Origin: Amoebophrya sp. A120
Lineage: Eukaryota; Protista; Dinoflagellata
DNA length: 64,000 nt
NCBI GenBank assembly: GCA_905178155.1
Contig: CAJINV010000004.1
Coordinates: 5,000,619 to 5,064,618 of the forward strand
Direction of reading: 5' to 3'
Shown here: positions 13,165 to 25,454 of the stretch, in pieces
How positions within the stretch are numbered: the first letter of the stretch is position 1
How the letters are laid out: the number at the start of each line of letters is the position of its first letter
Made by a program: the position numbers and the translations under genes
Notes under the pieces: generated by a model
Seen by the model: only the letters and a program-made list of their open reading frames with translations
Told to the model about the DNA's origin: nothing
Database searches by the model: none

Positions 13165-16100
13165 CTAATAATACAAGTCTTCGCTTGCCGAGCTGCTCTG
13201 TACGCTTCCGCTGGGATCGATGTCGTCCACGTCGTCCGTAGCACCATCGTCCGGCTGCCCGAAGGCCGCAAACGGGTTTGCGGACCGGTTCATATTTCCG
13301 CCTCCGCGTGAGGTTCGTGGATTGAGGACCCGGTTGTTCCGCAACATTGGACTTTCCGCCCGTGCCGGCGGGAGGTTCAACGCGCGGGTGGAAGACCGGC
13401 GGGTGGTCGATGCGCGTGTGTTGTTCTGGTTCGAGTACGAACGCGGGCCTGCGTTTATTGATCGGTCCTGCATTATATTGCTGACGAAATTGGTTGTTGT
13501 TTCCCGATCTACTTGCGATGACAGTGTAGGCTCAACATTGCGGCTTGATACTCCTCTTCCGGTTGTAGTGCTTCTGCGAGAAGCTGAGCCACCACCTCCC
13601 ATCATCATGCCTCCAAGCCCCAGCGCCGCCCCAGGACTGGAATTAATCACCGACCGTCCGGAGGCCGAGGCGCCACGCAATCTATCCCGCGCGATCTTTT
13701 GCTTCGTAATCCCATCCCAACTCGCGAACGTCGCTTTCGCGAGTAATTCCCGCCTGCAATTCCTGTAGTACCGCAACACGTTTGCTCTGTGCGCGATCAA
13801 GCTCCACCGGCGGAGAATGGGTCGCATGGACTTCGCGAAGTTCTGCTCCGCGAGCATGCGTTCTAAATTGTCCACGCACATCTCGTGCCGCTCGCTCAGC
13901 TGCTTCATCGGGATGGTGACAATGAACCACTGGAGCAAAACCCGGTTCATTAAGAGCTTCTGCTTCACGTCCCCGAGTTTCTCCGCGTGCATTCTTGCGA
14001 ACGACGCCTGCATTCGCCGCATCCGCCACGTCCGGAAGAGATGCACTTTGCGCAATTTGTGCTTCGAGGCCGAAAAATCCGTCAATGATTCGGTCAGCTG
14101 GAACCGCGATTCCGCGCAGACTAACTTCCACCGGTAAAGGATCTCGGATAACAGCGACATGTTGTTCAAATCGTTCCGGGCGTTATCCTGTGCAAAAGCA
14201 TCGTACTCGTAGTAATCCCATTCATGCATCACAAATTTCTTTCTCAAGTTAAATCCGCATTACAAATTTTATTTCTCATGGTGAGGAAATTTGTATTGCA
14301 ATTCATACTAGTACGATACTTTTGCAATGCATAGGCGTGAACCAAGGACAATTTCGCCGTTGTCGCCTTCTTCAAGTTCGCGTTCAACGCCAACCGGGTG
14401 AACGAACTGAACAACTTCGCCCGTCTCTGGTGTCGGTCGCTCAGTTTGAACATGTGCGCCAAGTACATGTTTCGATCCGCTTCCCTTTGCAGTTGCAAAC
14501 CGACATGGGCGGAGTGCTTGACGCAGTGTCGCCACGCGTGGAAGATCTGAATACACAACTTCGCGTCGTGCGCAGCGGAGAACGCGGCGCCCACCCGGGA
14601 CAAGGCTTTCCGGGTGCGAATCTCGCTGTACTGGAGCTTGTCTACCTTGTCGACGTGGATATGGATTGTAAAAATGTCTGGATCTGGAAGGTTGGGACTT
14701 GTAATGCTAGCTTTTCATACCTAGAAAATCTGTATTGCATATACGAACAAAAGTCGCAGCCTCTTTTGTCATGCAAAGTCGCAGTTTCTCATGCGGATTG
14801 CCTATGAGAAAGCGTTTTGGGAAGTTGTCATGCCGGACTGCATTCGGAAGTGTTTTCATCATGCACATTTTAGCATCACAAGTTTCCAGACCCAGACATA
14901 ATTTTTGCATTTCATAGTGGATCAACGTCTGCCAGGATTGCATCACGTACGACATTAAATGCTTCGTCGTATCCTGTGCAAAAGTATCGTATTCGTATAA
15001 ATGCAAGTCTTGCATTACAAATCTTGTTCTGAAGGCAAATCCGCATTACAAATTTTCACTCTCATGCTGAGGGCATTTGTCATGCATTTATACGAGTACG
15101 ATACTTTTGCAGTTCATACGTCGTCGCGTCCAACAAATACGCGAAATGCTTCTCGATCCGTTTCTGCTTCACAATCTCCGTGCGCCAGCCCTGGAAACTC
15201 AGCTTCTTGATGGACTTGATGTGGTGGGTCGCGATTAATTTATCCTTCTGGTCAAAATGTCGGTCCTCATTGCTCTTATGCGCGTTGTGGTACCGCATGC
15301 CGTCCCGCCACTGCTTGAAGTAGCCGTAAAGTTCCGCCGCCGCAAATTTCGCGTTTTTCTCGGTCAACGCCGCGATCGCCGCCATCGCCTTCTTTTTCTT
15401 CTGCTCCTTCACGTACCGCAGCCACACGTCGAAAATCGTGTGCATCGACCGGCCGGCGAGGTGCTGTAAGAACAGAACATCGACCCCGTTGCTGAATTTC
15501 TCCTTATCCGTGCTGTGCTTCTGCCGGTGCTGCTTCACCCGGACCTCATGGATCCCGTGCAGCGCGAGTTTGTGCCACGCGTGGACCACCTTCCGCTTAC
15601 CACGGTCGGTGTGGAGATCGAGTTTCCCAACGACCGACCTGGTTTGGACGTTTTTCAAGTGCCCTTTCAACTTGTCCGTGACGAAGCGGAATCTTTCGTG
15701 CTTCGTGGATTCCTTCCAGGCTTTGAAAAAGATCGTTTTTAATTGCGTGCTGTCCGTGATGTCGATCATGTTGTGGAGGGATTTGAGTAGCCTCTCCGCG
15801 TTGGTAATCGATTTGATCTCGATTTTTTCCTTCAGTGCTTCCGTCTTCGCGAGAGTTGCCTGGTAGATGATTTCCTTCCAGATTCTTAAAATCTGCAACT
15901 GCAAATTCTTATCGTTCTGCGCTAGCGCGAGTTGGAGTCGCCTGTAACTTGCCGATTTTTGCGCCTCCTGCTTCTTTTTCTCTACCGCTTCGTCCTCGCG
16001 TCGTTGCTTCTCCTGCGCTGTGAATCCCGCCCAAGTTTGAAACGTTACCCTTTGTTGCCAACTGTGCAGCTTGGTGGCGAAGTCCAGCGCGTGCTTCTTC

Positions 16101-19100
16101 GCGCGCTCTTGGGCGAGGTTCTGTTTTGATTTTTTTTTGGATTACAAATTGATTCAGCATATTACGAGATGAAATTTGAATTATTGCGTAATGCATAAAA
16201 AAAGCTACAACTATCAGTACCATTTTCACGACCACGGTCTCGATTTCCGCCATTTTCGCTCCGTTTTTCACGACATCCTGCCAGGCGATGATGGTTCGCA
16301 ACTTCAAGAACTCCGCGGCGTGTTCCACCTTGGTTTGCGCGAAGGAAAACGCGACGTCCTTCGTCTGCAACTTTGCCTCCCGGAGTAATCTTTCTTTCTT
16401 CTCTTCGACCGCCGTGTCGTGCCACAATTCGACGAACTTCTTCAGCAATTCCGACTCGTCCGCGACCCCGCCAAACTTCCCCCACAAGCGGATTGCGCCC
16501 AAAGTTGATTTCAACTCCAATAACCTCCCATTCATCGCCTGCATTTCCTGCTCCACCTTCGTCTGCTCCGCCCAGGCTTTGAACACCATGGTCTTCGTCG
16601 CTATCGAATGCAACAATGTCTGGGTCTGGAAGGACCCGAACTTGTGATGCGAGTTGTGGACCATACAAAGATCTGTGTTGCATGACTGGCATTAGGTGCT
16701 CACTTCTGGTCATGCTGAGTGGGTATTTCTCATGCAGAATAGGCATCACGGAGGGGCAGGAGAACCTGTGATGCTCGGCCCCGCATTCCAGACTTGAGGG
16801 AGCTAGAGCTTGGAAAACTTGCATGACAAATCTCGGAGTCTCCCAGACGCAGACAAGTTTGCAATGCATAGTCGCCCGCGCGTCCTTATTCGCGGCGGTG
16901 AAGACCGCTTGAGTCGCGTAGTTGTTCATGGACTGTTTGATTTTTTCCTTTTCCCGCGCCATTTGCTGGTCGAAAATGTACTTTTTCCACTCCCTCCACA
17001 TCATCTCCATCAGCATAGTGGCGGACTTGTGCCCGAAAGCAACTTTGAGTCTAGAGACCATCTGCTGTCTGGAGACATCATTCAACTGGTCCGCCAACGC
17101 GTCCCTTGCCTTATCCGTTTTGTTCTTCTTGTACAAGTCCGTCCAATGCCGCATAGCGTTCCGGAGAATAGACCCCGGGTCTTGCGCGAAGGCGATTTGA
17201 AGTCGGGTGAACCCAGATTCAGTTGCTACTTCTTTCAATTTACTCTCCATCGCGTCGGACTCGCGGTTGTTCTTGATCTGTTTTACGACTTGCTTCCACA
17301 GATCCATGGCATTTTGCTTCAAACCATGGAGAGTTTCACTGCACAGCGCGTCGAAGGTCTTAAACGCCCTTTTGTAATACCGCTGCGCCTCTTCGTGTTT
17401 CCGCTGGTATTTTTCATCGTGCGTCAACTTTCGCCACGCTTTCATGTGGTGCTCGAGGATGAAGTGTTTCACCGCTTTGATGATGATTTTTTCCTTCGCG
17501 GTTAACCTTGCGTTCGACTTTTCCTCCCAAAACCGGACTTCGATCATCTTCTGGTGCCCCAGCTCCTGTTTCATTTTCTCCATAGCCTGCTCGTGATCCT
17601 CGTCCCCCTTGCGAGTCTCGACGGAAAATTTCCAGTAGTGGAACGCAGAGGTCATCAACGCAGCCGATTCTTTCGCGTTCAATTCCATGGATTTCATCAC
17701 TTTCATCGACGTGTTTTTCTTGTCCACGAGAATTTTCTGCATGGATTTCGCGTTACTCGCATCCACGGAGAGAACGTGCCAGCCGGCAAAACAAGCTTGC
17801 TTCAACACGTCTGGGTCGTCCATCGCGATTAACCTTCTTGTTTTCGCAAATTTCCACCCTTTTTCCACCTGTTCCCGCTTCTTCTCCATTTCTTGGTGCA
17901 GAACCTTCTCCGCCTTCGCCTGTCTTGTGATGTGCGCCCATTCCCGGACGATGTCTGAAGTCATGAAACTCGTTTGCTGCCCGAATAGGTCGACGCCCAT
18001 GCGGGACATCACTTTTAAAGCGCATTGCCTCGCGAATTGCTCGGACCGGAAGGCTTTTTCCTGCAGGGTCATCGCCTTCCACTCGCCGAAAACAACTCCC
18101 GCCATTTTCAGCGTGTCGTTTTTGTCGACTAACGCGAAAACTGTTGATTTGTTCTGCATCATTTCCTTCCGCATCTCTTGTAACTTCCCTGACGCTTCAT
18201 TCTCCTCCTTCGCAACGTGGACCCGCAGGTGCCAGGCGCCGAACACTAGCTGACACAAATCTCGGTTTGTCCGGCTGTCGTGCGCGTGGTCGAGTAAGTC
18301 GGTGATGAAGAAGTGGCTGAAGTCTTCCATAGACTCTGTGATTTCCGTCTCAAACGCGGCCAGGTACTGCCCGACGGTGTCTTGGTCCTCCGCCAAGTCG
18401 ATGGGCGGGAGACGGGGGGAGAGCAAAGGGAGTTTTCTCTCCTCCGGTATTTCAATCGCGGACGGTAAATCCGTGACGGTTGCCGGGATTAGTTTATTCG
18501 TGTGTTTTGTTGGCGTGGACGGTGGATATGGCACGTTATTCAAGATCGTGGGCGGGACCACTCCACCGGCTGCTGAAGATGTTATTGCGCCACCAGCTTG
18601 GACCATTTGAGCTGTAGATCTCCCTGCAGGCTGGAACAATTGCGTCTGCGGTGTTGATCTACTAGCGTTGCTGTTGTACTTGTTCTGGATCACAGAACTG
18701 CTCGCCGCAGCCCCGGTCGCCGCACTGCTCGCCTGACTCGCAGTGGATGCGCCAGCAGCGGAGGCTTTGAAGGCGAACGGTGGATTTGAACTTAAGTAGC
18801 TCCTACCGCCCTGCACGTACTGTGGGGATCTTCTCGCTTCGGATTTTGCAGAACTCGCGGATCCAGACACCAAATACCCTTTCGATTTCACTTCGGCATG
18901 CGGCTCAGGGCCTCTATTGTCCACTTCCAGTACCACTCGGCTTTCCGGCTGCGGAGAGACTGTATAGAAGGAGAAATGGTGATCGCCGACAGTGATCATC
19001 TACCAAAGAAAAATCGCAGCACACCCTCGCGGAACGGGTTTGCTTTTTAACGGACCGAAAAAATGGCGCAGCTTTTCGCAGAGTGTGGCAGTGTTCACTG

Positions 19101-22100
19101 CGCACATTATGCGAGCAGTGCTGGAGATGGGAAAGGCCGACAATGGCCGGACGCTTCGGGGGCCCCAGGTGCTTAGTTTTCATGGTTGCTGGGCGCATGA
19201 AACCACTCTTCCCGTCTGGCCACGAGCGCCCACGCGTTTTGGTCGTCGAGCGCTCTTACCTCGGCCGGGGCGCGGCGCTTGAAGAGGGTCGGGGCCATAG
19301 CGTAGAGCCGGTTCGTTTGGACTGCCATCCCCCGCCTGGTTCGGGCCCGGCTCTGTGCCTCGACCTTGCCCGCCTGCCGCGAATGCGTCAAGGCATCGAC
19401 GGGCCGGGGGCCCGGTTCACGCACTTAAATCCGATGACGGCTGGCTTTTGCGTGCCGCCAAGGGCAGCAAATACACGGAGCCGGCGGAGAAGCGGCTCCG
19501 ATACGTAAGTACTAGCAACAAGCAACGGAGGCCATGCCGTCGGTTCTTAATTTGCACCGACGGCACGACGCAGTTTGGTGAAGAGAAAGAACGCGGCGCG
19601 ACTTTCGCGCCCCGGCTTCAACATGAAGACGGCGAGGCACCTTGCTGCACGGCCGCGGCAGCTCCTGCGGCGAGTCTCTCATAGTCGGCGCAGGCACGGA
19701 CCGCGATAAACACTCGCTATGCCATCACGCAGGGCCCCGGCCTAGCGCCTGCCAAGAAAGAACAAAAGCAGCGCCGCCAAATATATATAAACTTCGCCCG
19801 GCGACGAAGCGCATGCCCCGCCCGGCGCAGCCGCGGAGCCGGCACACCTGAGAAGGGCGCAGAACTCCCAAAGCAGCCACAGCGCTGCACCGCCTCGAGC
19901 CTGGCTGCCAGTTCCTGCACCGGCCTCGGGCCCCGAACTGTGAGCGGCTGCCCCACTTGTAATTTGCAGGCCCAGCCTGGAGCCAGGGCTTCCGGGCCTT
20001 CAAGGAACTGGCGCAGAGCATACTATAGCAAGGCGTTGCTTCTTCATCTTCTTCGACAACGTGCTGCATTTCTCGCAAAGAAACGCGTTGTCGGAAATGA
20101 GTGTCGGAAGACGACAGAAAAACACTGATCTAAATGAGAGTCGAGTCACTGATCATGAAACAAAAAGACCCTAGTTGAATGGTGATCATCAAATCAAAAA
20201 AGTCGCTTGATGATCACCATTGCCACGAGCTAACAAAGGTGATCATCAAATCAAAAAAGTCGTTTGATGATCACCATTCAACTAGGGTCTTTTTGTTTCA
20301 TGATCAGTGATTCGCCTCTCATTTAGATCAATGCTTTTCTGTAGTCTTCCGGCACTCATTTCCGACAGCGCGTTTCTTTGCGAGAAATGCAGCACGTTGT
20401 CGAAGAAGATGAAGAAGCAGCGCCTTGCTATAGTATGCTCTGCGCCAGTTGTTCCTTGAAGGCCCGGAAGCCCTGGCTCCAGGCTGGGCCTGCAAATTAC
20501 AAGTGGGGCAGCCGCTCACAGTTCGGGGCCCGAGGCCGGTGCAGGAACTGGCAGCCAGGCTCGAGGCGGTGCAGCGCTGTGGCTGCTTTGGGAGTTCTGC
20601 GCCCTTCTCAGGTGAGCCGGCTCCGCGGCTGCGCCGGGCGGGGCATGCGCTTCGTCGCCGGGCGAAATTTATATGCGGCGGCGCTGCTTTTGTTCTTTCT
20701 TGGCAGGCGCTAGGCCGGGGCCCTGCGTGATGGCATAGCGAGTGTTTATTGCGGTCCCTGCCTACGCCGACTATGAGAGAGACGCCGCAGCTGCCGCGGC
20801 CGCGCAGCAAGGTGCTTCATCCTCTTCATGTTAAAGCGGGGGCGCGAAAGTCGCGCCGCGTTCTTTCTCTTCACCAAACTGCGTCGTGCCATCGGTGCAA
20901 ATTCAGCACCGACGGCATGGCCTCCGTTGCTTATTGCAAGTAAGTAGCGGCGCCGTTTCTCCGCCGGCGCCCGTGTATTTTTTTGCTGCCCGAAATGTAG
21001 TGGGCGATGGCGGCACGCAAAAGGCAGCCACCACTGGATTTGAATGAGCCGGGCCCCCGGCCCGTCGATGCCTCGACGCCTTCGCGGCAGGGAGGCGGGC
21101 AAGGCCGGGGCACGAAGCTGGGCGCGCACCACGCGGGGGATGACAGTCCAAACGCGCCTGCTATACGCTATGGGCCCGACCCTCGTCAAGCGTCGCGCTC
21201 CGGCCGAGATCAGAGCGCTCGACGAACCAAACGCGTGGGCGCTCGTGTCCATGTAGGTGGAGTGGTTTCATGCGTCCAACAACAATGAAAACAAAGCGCC
21301 TGTGGTCACAAAAGCGCCCGTCCATTGTCGGCCTTTCTCAGCTTCAGCACTGCTCGCATAATGTGCGCAATAAACACTGCCACACCCTGGGAAAAGCTGT
21401 GCCATTTCTGCGGTCCGTAAAAAAAAACACCCTTTCCACGAGGGTACGCTGCGATTTTTCTTCGGTCCATGATCATGTCGGATGATCACCGTTTCTCCTT
21501 CTATAGACTGGTCGAGTTGCTGGCTCCTGGTAAATCAGCTCGCGCGGCACAATTTTCTCCGGGAAAACCGTGTTCGCGGAATGTACCCCGGCGGGGACGC
21601 GAGAACTTGGGCTGGGGGACCTGACCAAAACGTTCGGGGGTACGTGGCCGGAAATCAGTTTCGAAGACAAATCAGTTATTCTGGTGAACTGCTTCTTGGT
21701 GGCGATGCCCGCAAACTTTTTCGAGGCGTCCCCGCGCAGCAGTTTGTGCATGTTGATCGAAGTCCGCCGCAAGTGGCAACTCGCGAGATCCACGCCCGTT
21801 TCCGGGTGGACAACCAGCAAGTCCGTGTTTTTCCGCGGACTGAAAATCGATCTTCGCGCAACCGCCACCCGTCTGGACTCCGGCTCGTAGTCGGTTCCGG
21901 AGACCGAAGTGTCCGCCCCGCCGACCAGATCCGTCGGCACGCCGAGTCTCTCCGCCGCTTTCGCAGATGTATCGACGTATTCGCCTCCGTAGCAGCCAAT
22001 CCCGTTGGTGCGGACTGCGTAACCGAGGACGTTGGTCGCTAACGTGTCGAGAAACACCGCCATGGATTTCCCGACGTTCTGCAACCGGCGTAGAGACTTC

Positions 22101-25100
22101 ATGTCGCGCGTTTCAGCTTTCCAAGAATCGAAGACTTCATCGACTAACTCGTGGTTGTGTCGTTTGAACAAATACTCCTCCACGCATTCCAAGCTGGATT
22201 TGTGCTTCTTCTTCACCGCCTCCACCCGGTTTTTATGCACCGTGTGCTTCTCCCAGAGTTTGAAATACGTGTGCAGATGATGCCCAGGGTTGAAGTACAA
22301 GTTCGCCCCGACCATGCCGTCCAACTGCCCATCCCGTTTTTTCACCATCGCGACGGTTGTGTCCCGGATGTTATCCACCGCGAGCATGCGCCAACTGTCG
22401 AAAATTAACCGGATTCCCGACTCGGTAATGTGGCCGGCGAGGTCACTGGTCGCTCGGTGCACCACGTTGGTCGAAACGTACTGGAGTTTTTCCAGCTGTT
22501 TTTTCACTTTCTCCGCCTTCTCCGCGCCGACAATGTTGTACCAGGCGTTAAAGTAGTACTGCTGCAGTTTCTCCTCCTTCACGTCCCCCATGTACAGCGC
22601 CATTTTCTTGCAGTGCCCTTGTTTCAGTGATTGGACCCTCTCATGCGCGACGGCGGACTTCGTTTGCTGCTTCCAGCACAAATAGCACTTCGAAAGCAAA
22701 TGCTGCTCGTAGCTGTTGTGCATGTGGTGGTAATTCCGAAGGTGTTTTTCCTTATGCTGGTTGTCAATCCGGTCGATTTTGTTGTCAAGTTTGGCCTGGC
22801 GCCACAGATGGAACACGCAACGCTGCAACAGCATCCGCCCCGGGGCGATCATCTTCAGCTTCGTTTGCGGTTTATTCGAAAGTTTGTTTGCTTGTCCTGA
22901 ATTTTTGTTCGAATTAAGAACACCGCGACGAGACGGGCTGGCGGAGCTGCTTCGCTTGTTAGAAATGCCAGTGTTGCTGTAGTCTTCCTCCTCCTCTTCG
23001 TTGTCCATCTGTTGTTTCAAAGCCGTCGCGTCCTGCGCCCTATTATTCGGCACATTGACACTAATCGTGTGGCTATCCCCGTCCCTGTGGACTATCACCC
23101 GCGGGCCAGCCGGGGCGGACGTGCTACGGTCATGCGCAGCTCCTCCTCGCGCAGATGAGCCGCTGTCGAATCCGAGCAACGCGCGTCTTAGCAACAGCGC
23201 TCGTCTTCTTTGGATGCGGATGGAGTCCATCCTTCTGGCGGCTTTGTAAATCTTTTCCTGCTCTCGCTGATCCTTCTGAACGAAAGGAGAATCTCGGACG
23301 GGGGACGAAATCCTAGATGAAGTTGCGTTATTCGATGTCGTTCCTCTACCGGGCGACTTTGCGGAAGATGCTCCTGCTCTTCTCGGTGAGCTCCCGCGTG
23401 ACGACCCAAACGTCGGGGACAAACTCCTTCTGCGCTCGATCTCGTCCTCCGCGGCGAGTAAGGCGTTGTTTGCCGCGTGATGATCCAACAAATTCTTCAC
23501 CTTCTCCGACAGATCCCGGTGCACCTCTTCCGTCGACGCGACTAATTCCCCATCGTCCTTGTCGTCGATGTCGGTTAGTAAATTTGCCGTTGCGATCTCG
23601 TCGATGATGCGATTCGCCCGCTTTTCGCAGTGGACCAAAACCTTCCACGCCGTGAACTCCGCCCGGACCAGGTTGTTCGCGGTGTGTGTGTCCATCGCGG
23701 ATAATAACAACCTCTTCCCCCGGTTTAACTTTGTCGTTCGTTGCTTCCACTGGCGGAAGATCAGCCCGGATAAATTCCTACTTGTCGACAACCTGCCCGC
23801 CATTCGCCTCAGATAGATTTCCCGCTTTTTGTCGTAGGTCTCAAACTTCTCGAAGTTGACCGCCACCGCTTTGACCAGACTGCTGTACTTCCACGCGAGA
23901 AACCCGGTTCGCTCTAAGTGTTGTTTGTCGCTGTGGTCCGTGGCGAATTTCACCGCCTTCCTCCGGATCTTGATGATCAGCGACCTGCACCGCCATTTTA
24001 GGAAGTACACCCGCAAGAAAAACCGTTTTTGCAGCCGCAAGAACCGCTTCGCGAATTTGTCCTGCTGTTTCTGCTCGGTCTTCATCCCACCGGAATGCTT
24101 CGCGAGCGATCTCCACGGGGCGAAGGTGGACTGGAGAAGTTTCTTCTTCCGGGTTTTGACCTGCATGCGGAACAACCCGACCTCCAGCCGCTGGTAGGAT
24201 TTTGTCGTTGTCGCGTTGACACCTTCCACGAATTTCAATTCTTTCAACAAGCCCTCACTGTCGTTTTCCAGGGTGAGTAATTTCTGCTCCATGTCGAACC
24301 GATCGCCCCGCGCCGCTTCGGCGATTCTCCGCGCGTCCAGAGCCTCCATTAACAACTCGTCGCATTTATGCTCCAACGTCTGACTGCTTCTTTGTAACTG
24401 CCTATCTCCGGCCTCCCGCATCTCCGCCTGAAATTTCCGCAAAGCGACGTTTTCCCTTTCAACCGCTGCCAGGGCGTCCTGCTTGTAGTTCAACGTCTGC
24501 TCGGATTGCCGGTATTTCAGCTCCATCTGCCGGTAAATGTCGTCTTTTTGGTCGAGCTGTTTCTCGAGTTGTTCGATTTTTTCTTTCAATTCCTGTAAAG
24601 CGTCGGATTTGGCGTTTTCGCGGCCGTTCAATTTGTCGTTTTCTCGGACGAGCTTGTCGTTTTCCTTCATCAGCCGCTGCAGCTCCTTCTCGTGGTCCGA
24701 CAGGTTGCGCTCCAGGTCCTTCTGGAGCCCCGCAATGCCGCTTATCTGTGGTTTTTTGTTTGAAAATAAATAGTGCTTTTTCTTTGCACGTTTTAAGGTT
24801 GAATCAGAAAAAGATCATGTACTAGACAGATGATATTGACAACTCCGACGTTCGCATAGCCATATTAGGTGGTCGTCAATGTTGAAGTTATGATTCTCTT
24901 TAAGGTTTACTCCGTATTAGGCTTAGGCACCAACAAAAAAAGCAGGCATGTTGAAAAAGCAGGCATGTTGAAAGAAAAACAATCACCTCTCTCGCCTCCA
25001 CATTTCTCAGCTTTTCCTTGACCCCGTCCAACTGCTTACATAACCTCCCATTTTCTGCCAGCAAATTCGAAATCTGCTGGGATAATTCCAGTTCTCGGTC

Positions 25101-25454
25101 CGTGAAGTACTGTTTTGTGTAGTTCAGTTCCTCCAGAACACTCAGGTCGGTTGGCCCGAGCCGCAATTTCCGCGCCGTAGACAACGGCGAGGTCGCCACC
25201 GGTCGTGTGGTGGCGGGCGCGGCGCCGGTGGGTTGGTTCGTCTTGTTCGGCATCGGGAGAAAGGAATTCGGCCGGGACAGCGCGCTCGTGGGGGTTCTTG
25301 GGGACCGGGGGACCCCGGGTGTCGCAGCGGTGGTCGGTGGTCGTGGACTGCGAGAGAGTCGGGCTGCGGAAGTAGAAGGGGTGGCACCTGCTGCTCCGGA
25401 GGACGAGGACGTCGCGGGATTCAACCCGCTTCGACCACTACTGCCAGGAAGCAT
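13165..25454 (-). CDS. Large Sfi1-like (centrin-binding type) Trp-repeat/coiled-coil protein, 8 exons, ~2,851 aa
   Basis: Many periodic (L/I/V)F..W(K/R) helices and an N-terminal coiled coil. Removing introners 14184, 14660, 14970, 16602 and 18963 (each plus 5 bp) and GT-AG introns 16121-16220 and 24746-24986 leaves 8556 nt in one frame. The family call is from motif resemblance only. Confidence 0.75.
14184..14333. mobile_element. Introner family A (150 bp)
   Basis: Perfect direct repeat GGCGT; join SLVHARND. Confidence 0.9.
14660..14916. mobile_element. Introner family B (257 bp)
   Basis: Perfect direct repeat GTGGA; join TLIHVDK. Confidence 0.88.
14970..15118. mobile_element. Introner family A (149 bp)
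   Basis: Perfect direct repeat CGTCG; join DATTKH; reverse-complement relative of 10077-10226. Confidence 0.9.
16602..16870. mobile_element. Introner family B (269 bp)
   Basis: Perfect direct repeat GTCGC; join ARATKT. Confidence 0.88.
18963..21505. mobile_element. Giant foldback (palindromic) introner, 2,543 bp
   Basis: Ends TATAGAAGGAGAAA...TTTCTCCTTCTATA; direct repeat GACTG at 18958-62 and 21506-10; two ~1.2-kb inverted arms; removal gives in-frame EPATRPVSPQPES. Confidence 0.92.
20178..20275. repeat. Twin hairpins at centre of palindrome
   Basis: GGTGATCATCAAATCAAAAAAGTCG(C/T)TTGATGATCACC occurs twice in direct orientation (20181-20218, 20238-20275), separated by a short spacer. Confidence 0.9.

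Noticed and set aside
6049-16870. Recurrent TGCAAAAGTATCGTACTCG repeats as a CRISPR array
   Set aside because: They are dispersed inverted termini of introners, not regularly spaced direct repeats with unique spacers; no cas genes.
19083-21489. Short ORFs inside the foldback arms (e.g. 19725-20078, 20328-20810)
   Set aside because: Frames are not preserved between the two arms, no transposase or other motifs are present, and they are expected by chance in GC-rich DNA.
24938-24974. Short tandem AAAGCAGGCATGTTGAA x2 in a canonical intron
   Set aside because: Ordinary slippage duplication.
13165-25454. Two separate genes or a pseudogene on either side of the palindrome
   Set aside because: All fragments join in a single frame after removing elements plus one direct repeat; no internal stops remain.
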